64,000 nucleotides of DNA from Takakia lepidozioides (lineage: Eukaryota; Plantae; Bryophyta), in assembly GCA_030704615.1 (NCBI GenBank), contig CM060732.1:53072001-53136000 (forward strand). The letters run 5' to 3'. The position numbers were made by a program, and so were the translations under genes. This document shows, piece by piece, positions 12,448 through 24,200 of the stretch. Below the pieces are notes generated by a model, which ran no database searches, was not told the DNA's origin, and worked only from the letters and a program-made list of their open reading frames with translations. The first letter of the stretch is position 1; each line of letters begins with the position of its first letter.

Positions 12448-14051
12448 ACAAGTTTAGCCTTGTAAGAAACTCTAGATATGTCCTCCAGGTCTCTACTGAA
12501 CTTTTAGACTGAAATAAATGATTGTTGGGTATTGTTTCCCGAATTGTCTACAGATTCTCATTTCTCTCTTTCTCCCACCTCTAGAAGGGTTAATCATTTA
12601 CCTATTGCCTCCGTGAAGAAGGATCAAACACTAAGGTGTGGTGTGAATTTGTAGTTTCTCACGTGGGTGCTCAAATAGTATTTACCTAGTGATCATTGAA
12701 GTTTGGGTGACCAACAACGTCTTTACCAAATGGGCCTACTGCCCAAATCAACACGTGAGGACTTCTTTTTCTGGAGCAGGTCATAACCGATGTGTCCGGG
12801 GTCAGATGCGGCTGTGACCCTGCACGCCCTCTCTGCAAGTGAGGAGGGAGAGGTGTAACTGACTCCCAGTCTACCAATTGCTCCTGTTACAACATTGAAG
12901 TTGCATTGCCCAAATTTCTTCAGAGGGCACTTGTCTACACACTCAGAAATCTTGTCATTTGCTGCAATGCCTCCCGATATCTCTGTAATTACAGGTGAGA
13001 ATGGAGAGGTCGAATTCAGCAGTATACCCGTAATTAGGCTCACCTGGTGCATCCAGATGTTGTGATGTGCAACTTCATGCGGAAGAGTTGAAACTTCGGT
13101 CACAAATCTTTGCAGGCTGCACTGAAGATAGAACTTCCATATATGATGCCCTCTGCCCAATGGTCTGGACAAGTGTCCTTCATTGTTGGTTGATTGCTAG
13201 CTGTAATGTTTGGAGACACAGGGTGCTTTGTCATTCTGGTGCTGACTTTCCCTCGCGTGTGCCTTTCTGGACAAAATGCAGTGTCAACTTCTGGTTCCTG
13301 TCAATCTCTGTAGAAGATGAAAGGAGCTTAGTGAAGCCAAAGACCTATGGTATGAATTGTTGCCAATTGCCATTGGGTAGAAAGAAACTGATGATTGCTC
13401 CCATAGTTGGATTGTTGATTATAATAAGATCTGGCAAAGTGGTAGCATGGGCCAACTTTGGTTTGGGATGTAGCTGACATTTGGGAGATTGAATCAACCC
13501 AATGGTGGTAATTTAACCTGAGCTGTGGGTCATATGCTCAGGCTGAGGGATAAGATACATCGAGGTAAGTTGATAACTTGAATCCCCTAGAAAATTCAAC
13601 ACAGCGCACAGATTAATATGTAGGGTGCCTGACTTCTTAGGTGGACAGGCCATGGCCTCTAATTAAAACTTGCCAGATATGACACTTGCACCGCCTGAGC
13701 CTCAACAGTCATAGTGGATGCTCCCTGGTAGTTTGATGACAATGAAATGTGACACATTCAGGTCTTGTTGGAGGTGCTTGCAAGTTCTTGAGCTCACAAA
13801 ATAGGTCTTTCAGTTCCGGGTTCACAAATGCCCAGGGGTATCAGGCTTTATTAGGCAATTGATAGGTTCCACAGTAGTTCTTCTGGGGTTGAGTTACTGG
13901 GGGTTTAGCAATAAGGTCTCCTCTGGAGGATGGCAAAGCGATGCTGCAAAGAATCAGCTGTGAGGGACAACCGATCTTCTTTAGTGCAGGCTAAGCGAGC
14001 GTGTCCTAAAGACTTGTGCATCCAGTGTTCCCAAAAGGGACTTGTTCTTGC

Positions 14052-14801
14052 CTAGACAACTGCCTTGAGAGCCTTCAAAATCTCCTCCGCGCTACTGATG
14101 GTGAATGCGCCGCCTTCCTCGAGATTCAAGATCTTCACAACTCCATTTTCAGCTAAAAGTGCATACCGGCGTGATCGAACCCCCAACCCAACAGGCTTGT
14201 CACTGAGATCAACAGTCACACCCAGTGCCTTTGTAAAATTTGCCAAACCATCCGACAACAGCAGGACCTTGTCACCTGCTCCCACACTTTCCCCAAACGC
14301 CCTCAACACAAAGACATCATTCACAGCGATGCATGCGAGGGTGTCGACGCCGGCGGCTCGAAGTTCGTCGGCCTTCTCAATGAAGCCGGGCAGATGCTTC
14401 TGCGAACATGTCGGAGTAAAGGCTCCGGGCACTGCGAAAAACACCGCCTTCTTGCCTTCGGTGAGCTCAGACACCTTCACAGTCGTGACATTGCCTTCTT
14501 TATCCAAGTACGAAAGCTCCGCCTCTGGAAGCTTGTCCCCCACAGAGATGACCGCTTTAACAGTATTGAAAGACCGAGATACCGACACATTCTTCCTAGG
14601 AATCGAGAGCTTCTGAGGACCTGGACCTCCATGCAAACCCACAAAGGAGGTCTTGGGAAAACCTTGCCGCGTATGTGGGTTCCACGTTGCAATGATGGAG
14701 CCCGAGGTGTGAGCAGCGGCTGAGGAACTGGCCGGCGCCAAAGCCGTCCCGGACCTCGTGCCCGAAAAAGTTGCAGCAATGTTATTGACAGCCGCCGCCA
14801 T
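14052..14801 (-). CDS. PRXIIE: Type II peroxiredoxin, plastid-targeted (PrxIIE-like), intronless
   Basis: [19 protein letters not shown] peroxidatic motif, [21 protein letters not shown]; Ser/Ala-rich transit peptide from ATG 14801 (alternative upstream ATG at 14858). Confidence 0.95.
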   Translation of the reverse strand: MAAAVNNIAATFSGTRSGTALAPASSSAAAHTSGSIIATWNPHTRQGFPKTSFVGLHGGPGPQKLSIPRKNVSVSRSFNTVKAVISVGDKLPEAELSYLDKEGNVTTVKVSELTEGKKAVFFAVPGAFTPTCSQKHLPGFIEKADELRAAGVDTLACIAVNDVFVLRAFGESVGAGDKVLLLSDGLANFTKALGVTVDLSDKPVGLGVRSRRYALLAENGVVKILNLEEGGAFTISSAEEILKALKAVV

Positions 14802-15265
14802 TTTCACCAACCGCAGAGCCTGAGCTTGTGCTTGCGCTCGAGTAGAGAAATGCAGCATTGAAACTTGCAACACACTGCTGCAATCCCCCACAGCGAGCAA
14901 GAAGGTGGGATGCGACGGAGACGGAAGCTTGGGCGAGAAGGACGATGAGCATGCTCACAAATGTGCGACGTGGGCGGTCCTTGGCAGTGGCGGTCCACGG
15001 CAGATGTTGGCAGCTGACTAGACATGACCCCCACGAGGATATTTTGGCATCCTGGTCATTTCCCCCCTGCACTCCCGCTTAACTTAGCGTGTGTCCATCG
15101 ACTCTTCTTTCTAAATTTGCAGGGGTTTGGGAGGATTGATGATCTGCAAAGAGTCCGATTGCAAAGTAAGAGGCCTGGCCTCTAAGTTCTGGTTGTATCA
15201 AAGAGCTTCTCGTGTCGATTGCCATAGGATAGACTTTTTTCACGAAGGGAGATAAAGCCTGTGCT

Positions 15266-16245
15266 CGACTGTATGTGGCGGCCCTATAAATGCCTACATG
15301 ACTCCCTACGTAGAAGGACCTCGGTGGGGATCCCCACTCTACGCCTCTATGGACCCCTGCACCCGTACTTCTCGTATACAGGTTCAAATTTCCTTGCAAA
15401 CGTACCACACCCTTGCCCTAGCAGTCGTGAGCAGCTTGCTCGCCGCATAGCCACCTTCTGATTGGCCCTGAGGAGGCCTGCTATAATGCGGTAGCATGGC
15501 TTCGTATACATACGGACCCCTACTACAACCACGTCCACCACCCCGACCACCTCTCGTAGACCCCATCTGCTTAAGTATCTTGCGCGATGTAGACTACGGG
15601 CAATCGATATTGCAGGACCAATGCACCAATTTACAACCTACCTGCTGTTACTTATATAGCGGGAAACAAGCTGAGCGAAACACAAAACTAGTGTAAATGA
15701 ATGGTAAGAAACCCTAAAAGTTTATCAGGTAGGTTGAAAGTGGGTAGGTCGGTAGCGGCTTGCAAGCTGCCCTCTACTGCTACGTCAGATAGTGCCTGCG
15801 TGTCGCCCTGCTACCGTTAATAGTAGGGGCTCCGTGTATACCTTGCCGCTGCGGCTCGGTATGTATGGAGCCCCTACTATTAACAGTAGCAGGGCTCATG
15901 GCAGCCACTATCTAGTCCGTATATGCCCTATAGGGCGGACCCTGAACCCCTTCTCTTTCACTGTATCCGTACACGATATATAGTGAGTTGAACTCATCCC
16001 GCAACCGAGCGTCCCGACCATGGATGTCAGGCGGTCGGTGGGGAATGTGATCCAGGAGCGTATGAGAACGTCGTTAGGAACTCTAGCAAGGCGGGAACAT
16101 AGGATACAAGGGCGTAACGAGGGGCAAGGGTGTGGCTACGAGCAGCCGACCCCTTCACACACCTTTCGAGAGTCCTGAACCACATCCTTCAAAATAGTCA
16201 TAGAGGGGCCATTTCAGTGAGAAGGGTGGGGATGCTCAACAAATG
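15266..16245 (+). other. Probable NUMT: interior of a plant mitochondrial group I intron (nad5i753/cox1i395/cox1i624-like family)
   Basis: Colinear blocks recalled from bryophyte mitochondrial group I introns (ccctataaat, cctcggtgggga, caggttca, cacccttg, ttctgattggcc, ataatgcg.tagca, catctgc.taag, atccgtac, ggtggggaatgtgatcca, tcacacacctt, ctgaaccaca) plus nested long-range pairings; no exon or complete catalytic core seen. Confidence 0.65.
15787..15913 (+). repeat. Long inverted repeat / RNA hairpin (~55-bp arms)
   Basis: agatagtgcctgc...taatagtaggggctccgtgtatacc pairs with ggtatgtatggagcccctactattaa...gcagccactatct; several differences are G:U-compatible on the + strand. Confidence 0.9.
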
Positions 16246-16365
16246 AGGTGCATGCCAACAAAAGTTTGCATTTTTCCAGAAGTATGTATCATCAAATGCT
16301 TTTGAGGAATGTACTTGTCTTATGATAAATGCCTCATGATAGTCTACTGACTTGGAGGAGGCTTG

Positions 16366-16457
16366 CATTTTGTGAGAACAAGGCTGACTCTGGATGTGGG
16401 CAGGACGACTGCTCCTCCGTTTTGAGTGAAGCTGACTTAATCAGTCTCATGGACAAG
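16366..16457 (+). pseudogene. Orphan exon fragment resembling DNA topoisomerase III alpha
   Basis: HFVRTRLTLDVGRTTAPP /frameshift/ LSEADLISLMDK followed by a GT donor; resembles the TOP3A segment preceding GIGTDAT. Confidence 0.5.
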
Positions 16458-16959
16458 GTCTGCCATTCCTTGATTTGAATATGTGTAAAGTCTGTATGAA
16501 TGGACGAGTAGATATAGCTACATACAACCCCGCCACTTTCAGAACTGCCACTTTGTCTGAACATAGTGGCAGAAATGTGTCTTCAAGTGATGAAGACCAG
16601 CAGTTGATTCTGGCAGAAGTCATCTCTGCGCCTGTTTTACTTCTTTGGGGGAAGGACCAACATTCAAGATCACATGGGGAAACCCCTGGATGCTAGATTT
16701 GCTTTTTACTTTGATCGAATCCTTCATGAATTTAATTTTGTTTGAATATCTCATTTGACACTTCCATAGGCCTTTCAAGCTTTTCTTTGGTTGGCATTTG
16801 TCTTCCTCCCCCCCCCCCTTCCCCCCGGGGGGCTCTCTCTCTCTCTCTCTCTCAGCTGCTGGATGAAGCTGACTTGGAGGTTGAAGTGTCGAAGGCCACA
16901 TCAGAAGCACGAAGAACGTCCGAACAACATAATTAAGCAGCTAACTTCCCTGACAGTTT

Positions 16960-17460
16960 GTGACATGGGCGCAGACCTTAAGGATGATCTCAAGGGCCTA
17001 CCTACCCTCAGGCACTAGACTGAAATTTAAACTCAGGGTGGGGAGTCTACCTCTGAAAAATAAACAAGATGCAGAGAGGAAAGGGAGATTGTCAATGCCC
17101 AATGTGCCTGAAGACAATATCCATATTCTGCTACAATATCCGGGGTATTCTCATCAGAGAGGGACCCTCTTCGTCCATCAAGGGCATAAGAGTCCTCTTA
17201 GTCCCTGCAACTCTGTTCACCAACTTCAAAATCTCCAGGCTGAGCCTAAAGCCCTGGTACTGTTGGGATCTAATTGCTGGGCAGCTCACACACAGCAGAT
17301 TGATGCTTGTGTGAAGGGCTTTCTAGAAGAAATATGGAAAGCCTGAACCAATTGTTTCCACCAAGGTAAGTCTACTGGTGTTAGCTCCTCACAAAAGTCT
17401 ATTCCCTCTTGTTCCGCCCAAACTGGGCTGGGGTCTATGGCCTCAAGGCTATGGCTTAGA
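16960..17460 (+). mobile_element. Non-LTR retrotransposon (LINE) 3' relic
   Basis: LKFKLRVGSLPL...CQCPMC..EDNIHILLQYPGYSHQR...FLEEIWK CCHC-type C-terminus; related sequence (gctgagcctaaagcc, ggtctatgg...caaggcta.ggc) in the eIF4G intron at ~26780-27040. Confidence 0.6.
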
Positions 17461-18271
17461 TGTGATTTATCTCTAATCTGCACTGACCCATCATTTCTTA
17501 AGGCTTATCCAATGGGGCCACCCACTCCATGCAAGAAACCCCAATCCACTTCACCCTTCTCACTTTCATCTTTCCCCCATGCCAAACAACCATTTGCATC
17601 GGAGTAGAGAGCAGATCTTCGTGCAGATGCTGCAGCTTTGGATTCCATTGAGAATCCACTAAAAACTGTCTTGCATGAGGCAACTGGATGGCCACTTAGG
17701 TTCTGAGGGGTTAAGGGTCAGTCAATTGTGGAAGCCTATGGACACAATGCAGATGTTTGTTTGCTCTTTTGGTAATAGGTCAAATCCGTTTTGAAATACT
17801 TAAGATGGCTGGCCAGAAAAGTGGGCATTCATGGCTGACTGGCGTGAGCCTTTGGTTAAAAAGGAACAGGTCTCATAAGTACATGAGCATGGTCTGTAGT
17901 TGACCAGAAAAACAAGGGGGGCCCCCATCTATTGTAAGACTGAAAAACCAATTGGCCCAATGTGTATCTGCTGTGAAAATACATGCCATCAAAGAACTAG
18001 ATACACTTCGCTACTAAATCATAACTTTACGTGGGGTGATAGCCTCCAAAAAGGAAGAAGGAACAGGAGACAAAATGCGTCAGTGGAGTGCCATGTCCAC
18101 ATTTTATAGAAATAATTCAATGAAAAATTGGGATAAGTTTGTAACCTATGCCATTTTAGTCTCTTCGATTGCTGTACACAAATCCGCTCCCACATTTTCC
18201 AGGACACTCTCCTCTAAAATGCAGAGAGTGAAAGAGATACCCGCCGGACAAATGGTTGATACATGGATATT

Positions 18272-21200
18272 TTAATCCTCGTCATCTCCACCATCTTCTG
18301 GAGCTGTGCCCAACCACTGCAGCCATTTGCTCACCTCCCTTATCGCCTGCACATATGCCAGAACACATTTCAGCCACTCACAGATAGTGAAATGCTCACA
18401 TCTTCCCCACTTACCAAGTTTGAATACACCAAAGCATTCAGGTTCTGAAGGGTTACCCACTTTACCTACATCTCTTACTCCCTTATCGCCTGCACATATG
18501 CCAGAACACATTTCAGCCACTCACAGGTAGTGAAATGCTCACATCTTCCCCACTTACCAAGTTTGAATACACCAAAGCATTCAGGTTCTGAAGGGTTACC
18601 CACTTTACCTACATCTCTTACTCGCCAGGGACCCACTGGACACGTATGATCTTTTCTATGCAGGACGCTTTGAGAGAACAAACTCCACCCAGTCAACAAC
18701 TGTGGCTCCAGCAAAGCAGGATTGGGACTATCCAAGGATAATCCTGTCACACCCACTGTCAGAGGGGTGCTGTTGGCTATCAATTGGTGTAGATAATTGT
18801 CCCACGGTCAAATTCCATACTAGGTGTGCAATAACTTTGCAACAGTTAAGGATTGGGAGCGACCTTATCTCTTCCTGGGGTGCAATCCTTGATATCATCC
18901 TGCCACTTTGTGTATGCTCCCTCTGAAATAACCTGAGTAGAGCATACCAACTCCTGACAATCTCAAGAAGTTGCAACATGGGAAGTAATCCTTGCAATAT
19001 AGATTCTGCTGATCCAAATTCACTAACTCTACATCACCAAAAAAGTAAGCAACCCTAGTCAAAACATGTACTTGACCAACACCAAAGAGAATTAATGTCT
19101 ATTAAGTTCCTTAACCCCTCCAACATCATGAAAAACCCTCACAGGCAACTGCTACCCGTCAGCTGAGTGGCAGCGACTTACAAAAGTACTTCAATTCTAA
19201 GATTGCCCATGTCAACGACCTCCCTTTACAGTTGGTGCCATCATACGAGGCTTTCCAGTTAGAATGCAGAAAATACAGGGCCAAGAAAAGCCAATTGCAT
19301 CTATCTACATCATCTATCCACTAGTCAACAATGAGAACACCAACCTCCTCATGATAGAAATTATTAAATAATTTGCTCATCAGGCCTGGTGGGTGACCCA
19401 ACTCGTTCGCGAACAGCTGTACTGCAACTATGTCTGCATGCACATATTTACAGTCAGATCCAAGGTCTACAGATTTGAGAAACTGATGGAGTCGTTGCTT
19501 GCCTTCGAAAAGCTGAGCCACCAAGCAACTCCAACTCCAACTCCCAACAGATGAAGGATGCTTAACAAACAAGATGAAATGTGCACCCAACAAGCAAAGC
19601 AACCCATTGCTGCAACTCAAACTTCACAGAATCGAAAAAAGTACATGAGCGGCAATTTGTGGTCCACTTCCTGGTGTGGTGTCTCTTCTCAGCATCTCCA
19701 CATCCAAAACCAGACTCAAGCTAACTGCAGAGATTTTGGATGTTTTGGCATGGACATCACGCTCAAGCCCTGGTTTGATAAGCCAATGGATGGTACAGAA
19801 CTATCTCACATTGTCTTTGATTTGTTTCAGCAGTTCTTGCCTTGCCTGAAGCGAATTTTCTCAAAAGGGGAGCATACTGTTTTGTCTCTCCCTTTGATGC
19901 CTGCACTCAATCACCACCCAACAATAATTTTCAGCAGTCCACTTATTAAAGCTTGATAATGACTGAATACTCCTCAGAGACAGATCCCACATTTGCCATT
20001 TAGGAAATAGTAAACCGTCTTCACTCTTTATGATCAGCTGCTTTCTGTATTTAGCAAATTATCATGTCGCTGCACAATTGGAAATGCCTGATATCAACCA
20101 GTATGTTTGAACTGAATATTAGAGAAAGAACTGACTTTGGTGACAGTACGAATGTTAACAACTTAGGAGTGGCCACGACAAGTTGGGTGAATGTTGAGCA
20201 CATTTTTACACTGGAAGTCCTTCGACAGCATGTTAGGAAAGAGGAGGGGAACACTATCAGTGAGAAAAGGAGAGGAAGAGGTCGCTTGATGACAATGAAG
20301 AGAAGCTGCAAGCTTACTGGATAAAGATAAGAGAAGACTGCATGAACAAAACAGCGGGACCCATCAACCAGCCATCACAGCCATAAAACTGCAATTCAAC
20401 CTTGAGAGATTATCCAATTTGGAAAGGCTCATGTAAATATGCTGCAAGATATATCTGATCCTCCTGATGAGAGAGCGATCGCACTCACCACATAATCATA
20501 AGGTGGGACTGGAATGGATCGTCTCAAAACTTGAGTCATAATCATCCGCAAAAATGCCGTGTCTGAAATAGTGGAAGGAGGCACATTTTTCTGACAGTAC
20601 TCCAACCAGAGAATTAGTGCATATTCAGGACATACAAAGGCTACTTGCTGGTGCTTGTGGTCACATACTGACGCACTCAAATATTTATAACCACCTAGAA
20701 TAAAGACCTCAATTAACTTTGCCCCGTATGCATGTGCGTCAAGCCGACCACACTGCATGAAAAACAGATGTTGGATTGAGATAATAGAAACTTTTTAGTT
20801 GTATATAAGAAAAAGCTCACCTCTATCCACTTAATGATATCCATTGCTACTTCATTCCTTTCGAGTGCCTCCCTGATGTGCTTCTCCACCGGTATCATCT
20901 GGTCCAGACAAGATGCAATCTACCAAATAATTATGAGGATGCCTTCTTCTTGTCATGTGATTCAGAAATCATGATAGTGCTGCCATTGTTACAATGGATG
21001 CTTGTTTGGGGTGAGAAATATTGGAGGAACAGCACCATGCAGCATAAGACATCACCCCAGCAAGGGGAAATGAGCCTGCAGGCAGATTATGTTACCGCTG
21101 GTGATATACTGCATCCTAAAGATAGGCAGGGACCTCTTCAAACAAAGCAGGTACCCACCAAGCAACCAGGGTCAAGGAGTAAGGCACCTGGACCATAATC

Positions 21201-24200
21201 ACGTGACAAAGTTCAGATCTTGTACAATCAGGTACAAAAACGTTTGCTCACCGGATACAGACAGTGCAGGTTCTTCTTCTCCAAGAATGCCTCGAAATAA
21301 CCTCCCTTGCTCTTCTCAGCAGGTGGAAGGAAGTCCTCAATCTGAAGACTGGAAGCTGTGTACATATCAACCATGCAGGCCTCCCCCTTCTGTTTCCTGA
21401 GCTTCTCTAAAATGACAGCAAACATCTCTAAAGCATAACCACTGTCCAACAAGCTTCCAGGCTCCATGCCACCCTCCCTTAAAAGCTTGACAACTTGGAC
21501 CAGGGAGAACACCCCCGCTGCAATCAGGTTTCCTAATATTTTAGCCAAATAATCTGGTGCTTTTGGAACATCAACTACGGTGTCCTCATGCATAGATAAC
21601 ACCATCTCCAATCTGCAAACATTTACCACAAGAGCCCGTTCATAAGTGTTCAATGACAGAGACATGAAACTGTCTGCCAAGGATATGTGTGAGAACTTTG
21701 CAAGGGACAACCTCACCCCGTCTGTAAACAGCACATCAATTAGGAGCGCACCAGCTTGGACATAGGCCTTAGTGTAGCAATTGACAACATGATCAGAAGA
21801 TGCCAAATACCCTGATGCTAGTAGTGCAATGCATGGTTTGACAACACAAGCCCTGACTGAAACCCAAACAGAAGAGTCCAAGGCCTGGCAGAGAAAGATA
21901 GCAAAAAAGACAGCAAAAGAACTACATACCCTTTTGTAATCTGTTCAGAAGTCAGCAGACGGGGCTCAGAATTGTGTAGATGAACAATCAGCTCGGACAG
22001 CAGATCTCTGTCCACCTCCTTCTTTTCAAATGACTCCAATATCCAAATAGAGACGAGAGTTGGATGGAACTTGGGAGCACTCAAATCCTCCACACATAGG
22101 CGAGCTTCTTTCACATCCCTAAGACTGAACGTACGAAACCAACATTACATCTCTCTTCAGAAGTTGACAACACACTCAAGGCTCTCAACCAGAGTTCTCA
22201 ACCAGTAGCAGGGTTAACTCTTTGTCAGAATACCTCCAAACCTGGCCTTCAGTGTTCCATAACATAAATCAAATGACTGAACATAGAGTTAAAGAGATGA
22301 GACACTTCAGCAGGGCACACCTGTAATATTCACTGATAGCAGCAGCGCTTTTCTTCTTTAGCTCTTCATAACTCATTGCTGGTGGTGCTGATGAGGGATG
22401 GGTAGAAATTGGAGCGGGTGGTGTGTTTGGACGATGTGACTGCAAGGTACTTGCAGGTGGCACTCCTGAAGGTCTGTCGATCAGAGAAGGACGTTCTGTC
22501 ACAACACGAACATCTCTACCAGACACAGCTGGGCCAAGCCTCTCAGTCACTGCTGGTCTCTCCAACAAAGGCCTTTCAGCTGAACTGGGCCTCTCTGCAC
22601 TGGACGGTCGCATTGGGAGCTCTTCACGGGCACCAAAGGGTTGCCTGTCAGGACCACTGTACCCTGGAAGAGTGCCCATGCCTGGTCGGTGCACGTCTGG
22701 CCCCATCATGGGTGCCACATCAGCGAGTGCACTCCGGCCAGCACCGAGTGGCTGGCCACGCACACCCATTGCCCTTCCAAGCCCTCCTTGTGGCCCCAGG
22801 GTAATGGGGCCTTCATCGTTAGGCCTTTGAGACAATGGCATTGGCACAGGCCGAGCATCAAGAATAGATCGGTCCTCCATACGAACATCCTGCCCAAACC
22901 CAGGGCCCCCTCGCAGACCTCCTTGTGGTGGTGGTGCCCCTCTTATTCCTCCCATAGGTGTACCTGTTTCAACCATATCCAAAAAATCTGAGCACTTGCA
23001 AAGAATCACTCAGCACAAATTTCAACTTCAAAAATTCCAGTCCATACTTGTGTGTTTACTATTAATGCCCAGAGCTGAATGCCTGCACAGACTCTTGCAG
23101 TCTGACAAATCTTCCCTACAGTCAGTCACAAAAGAACTTGGACCAAGAAACTACCAGGACCCATTTGCTGACTTGGAGAGAACATCGGTGATGGTGGTCC
23201 CCGCATCGTAAAATCAGGTCCCATCCTCCCTCGAGTAGGTCCTCCACCAATGATGGGCCTCTGTGATAAACGATCTCGCCGCTCTAGCACTGCATCCCTA
23301 TGAACTTCGTCAATTTTCTTTGGACCCTCAACCTTCCTCCTTTCTTGCCATCCATTCCTTCGAAGGTCAATCACATCCTTTAACATAAATTTGAGCCTGG
23401 ATGATAGCTTCGCATTGTTGGACAGATTTTCCATTCTTTTGAAATACGCATCAATATGCTCCTTTGCCTTTGGATGGTCAATAATACGGCCAATTGTGCT
23501 CATCAATTTGCACAAAGCCTCCACATCCTCTTCATCTGGATTGTGATACTCCCCGAGTAGTTTCTTGATACACTCGTGCATGATGCGCTCTGTCAACATA
23601 CTCTTTTTATAAAGCTCCCCAATGAACCGAATGTTCCCTAACATGCGCCTCCGAGCTTTCAAGCGTCTTTCTTCTCGCTCCTCCGGAGTGAGCTTCACAT
23701 CACCATCCTCCTCAATTTTCTCAGCTTCTTGTTGTTCCCTCTCACCGCGCTCGAACTCTTCTTGGCACTTATTGAGGAGCACTCGCTTGAAGGTAATTTT
23801 CTCATCTTCTTCAGTAAACTCCGGAAGGTCCACAGCAAGCTGGACACAGAACTTGGCATACATTTCACAAAACGTAGGTTCCATCAGTGCCTTATCAAAA
23901 ATTTGGGAAATCACACCGGTGAGAGTGGTGGCAGAATTGATGTTGACCTCCTTCACTTGGGCAAATAGCTTCTCAAAGTTTTGAGGGGTGAGCTTGTTTA
24001 AAATGCCTTTGATCTGCCTCTGTTTGGCCTGCTCCTCATCCGACACCTTACCCACCTCATATCTTTTTTCTGCCTTGTGCATCACAGGTAATGGTGTACG
24101 AGGTGAAGGAATCAGCCCTTTAGCCATTGGGGCACGTTGCCACCGATCAGCATCCACACCATTACTTCTACCTGGACTGGGACCAGCACCCATCATATGG

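Noticed and set aside
12686-13480. Possible DOMON-like gene relic (HVLIWAVGP)
   Set aside because: Single short motif; no coherent reading frame or exon chain could be built
15650-16275. Telomerase RNA candidate (TATA-like at ~15653, AAACCCTAAA at 15709-15718, long stems)
   Set aside because: No USE (TCCCACAT-like) upstream, one major stem arm lies upstream of the TATA, and the whole block is better explained as a mitochondrial intron relic
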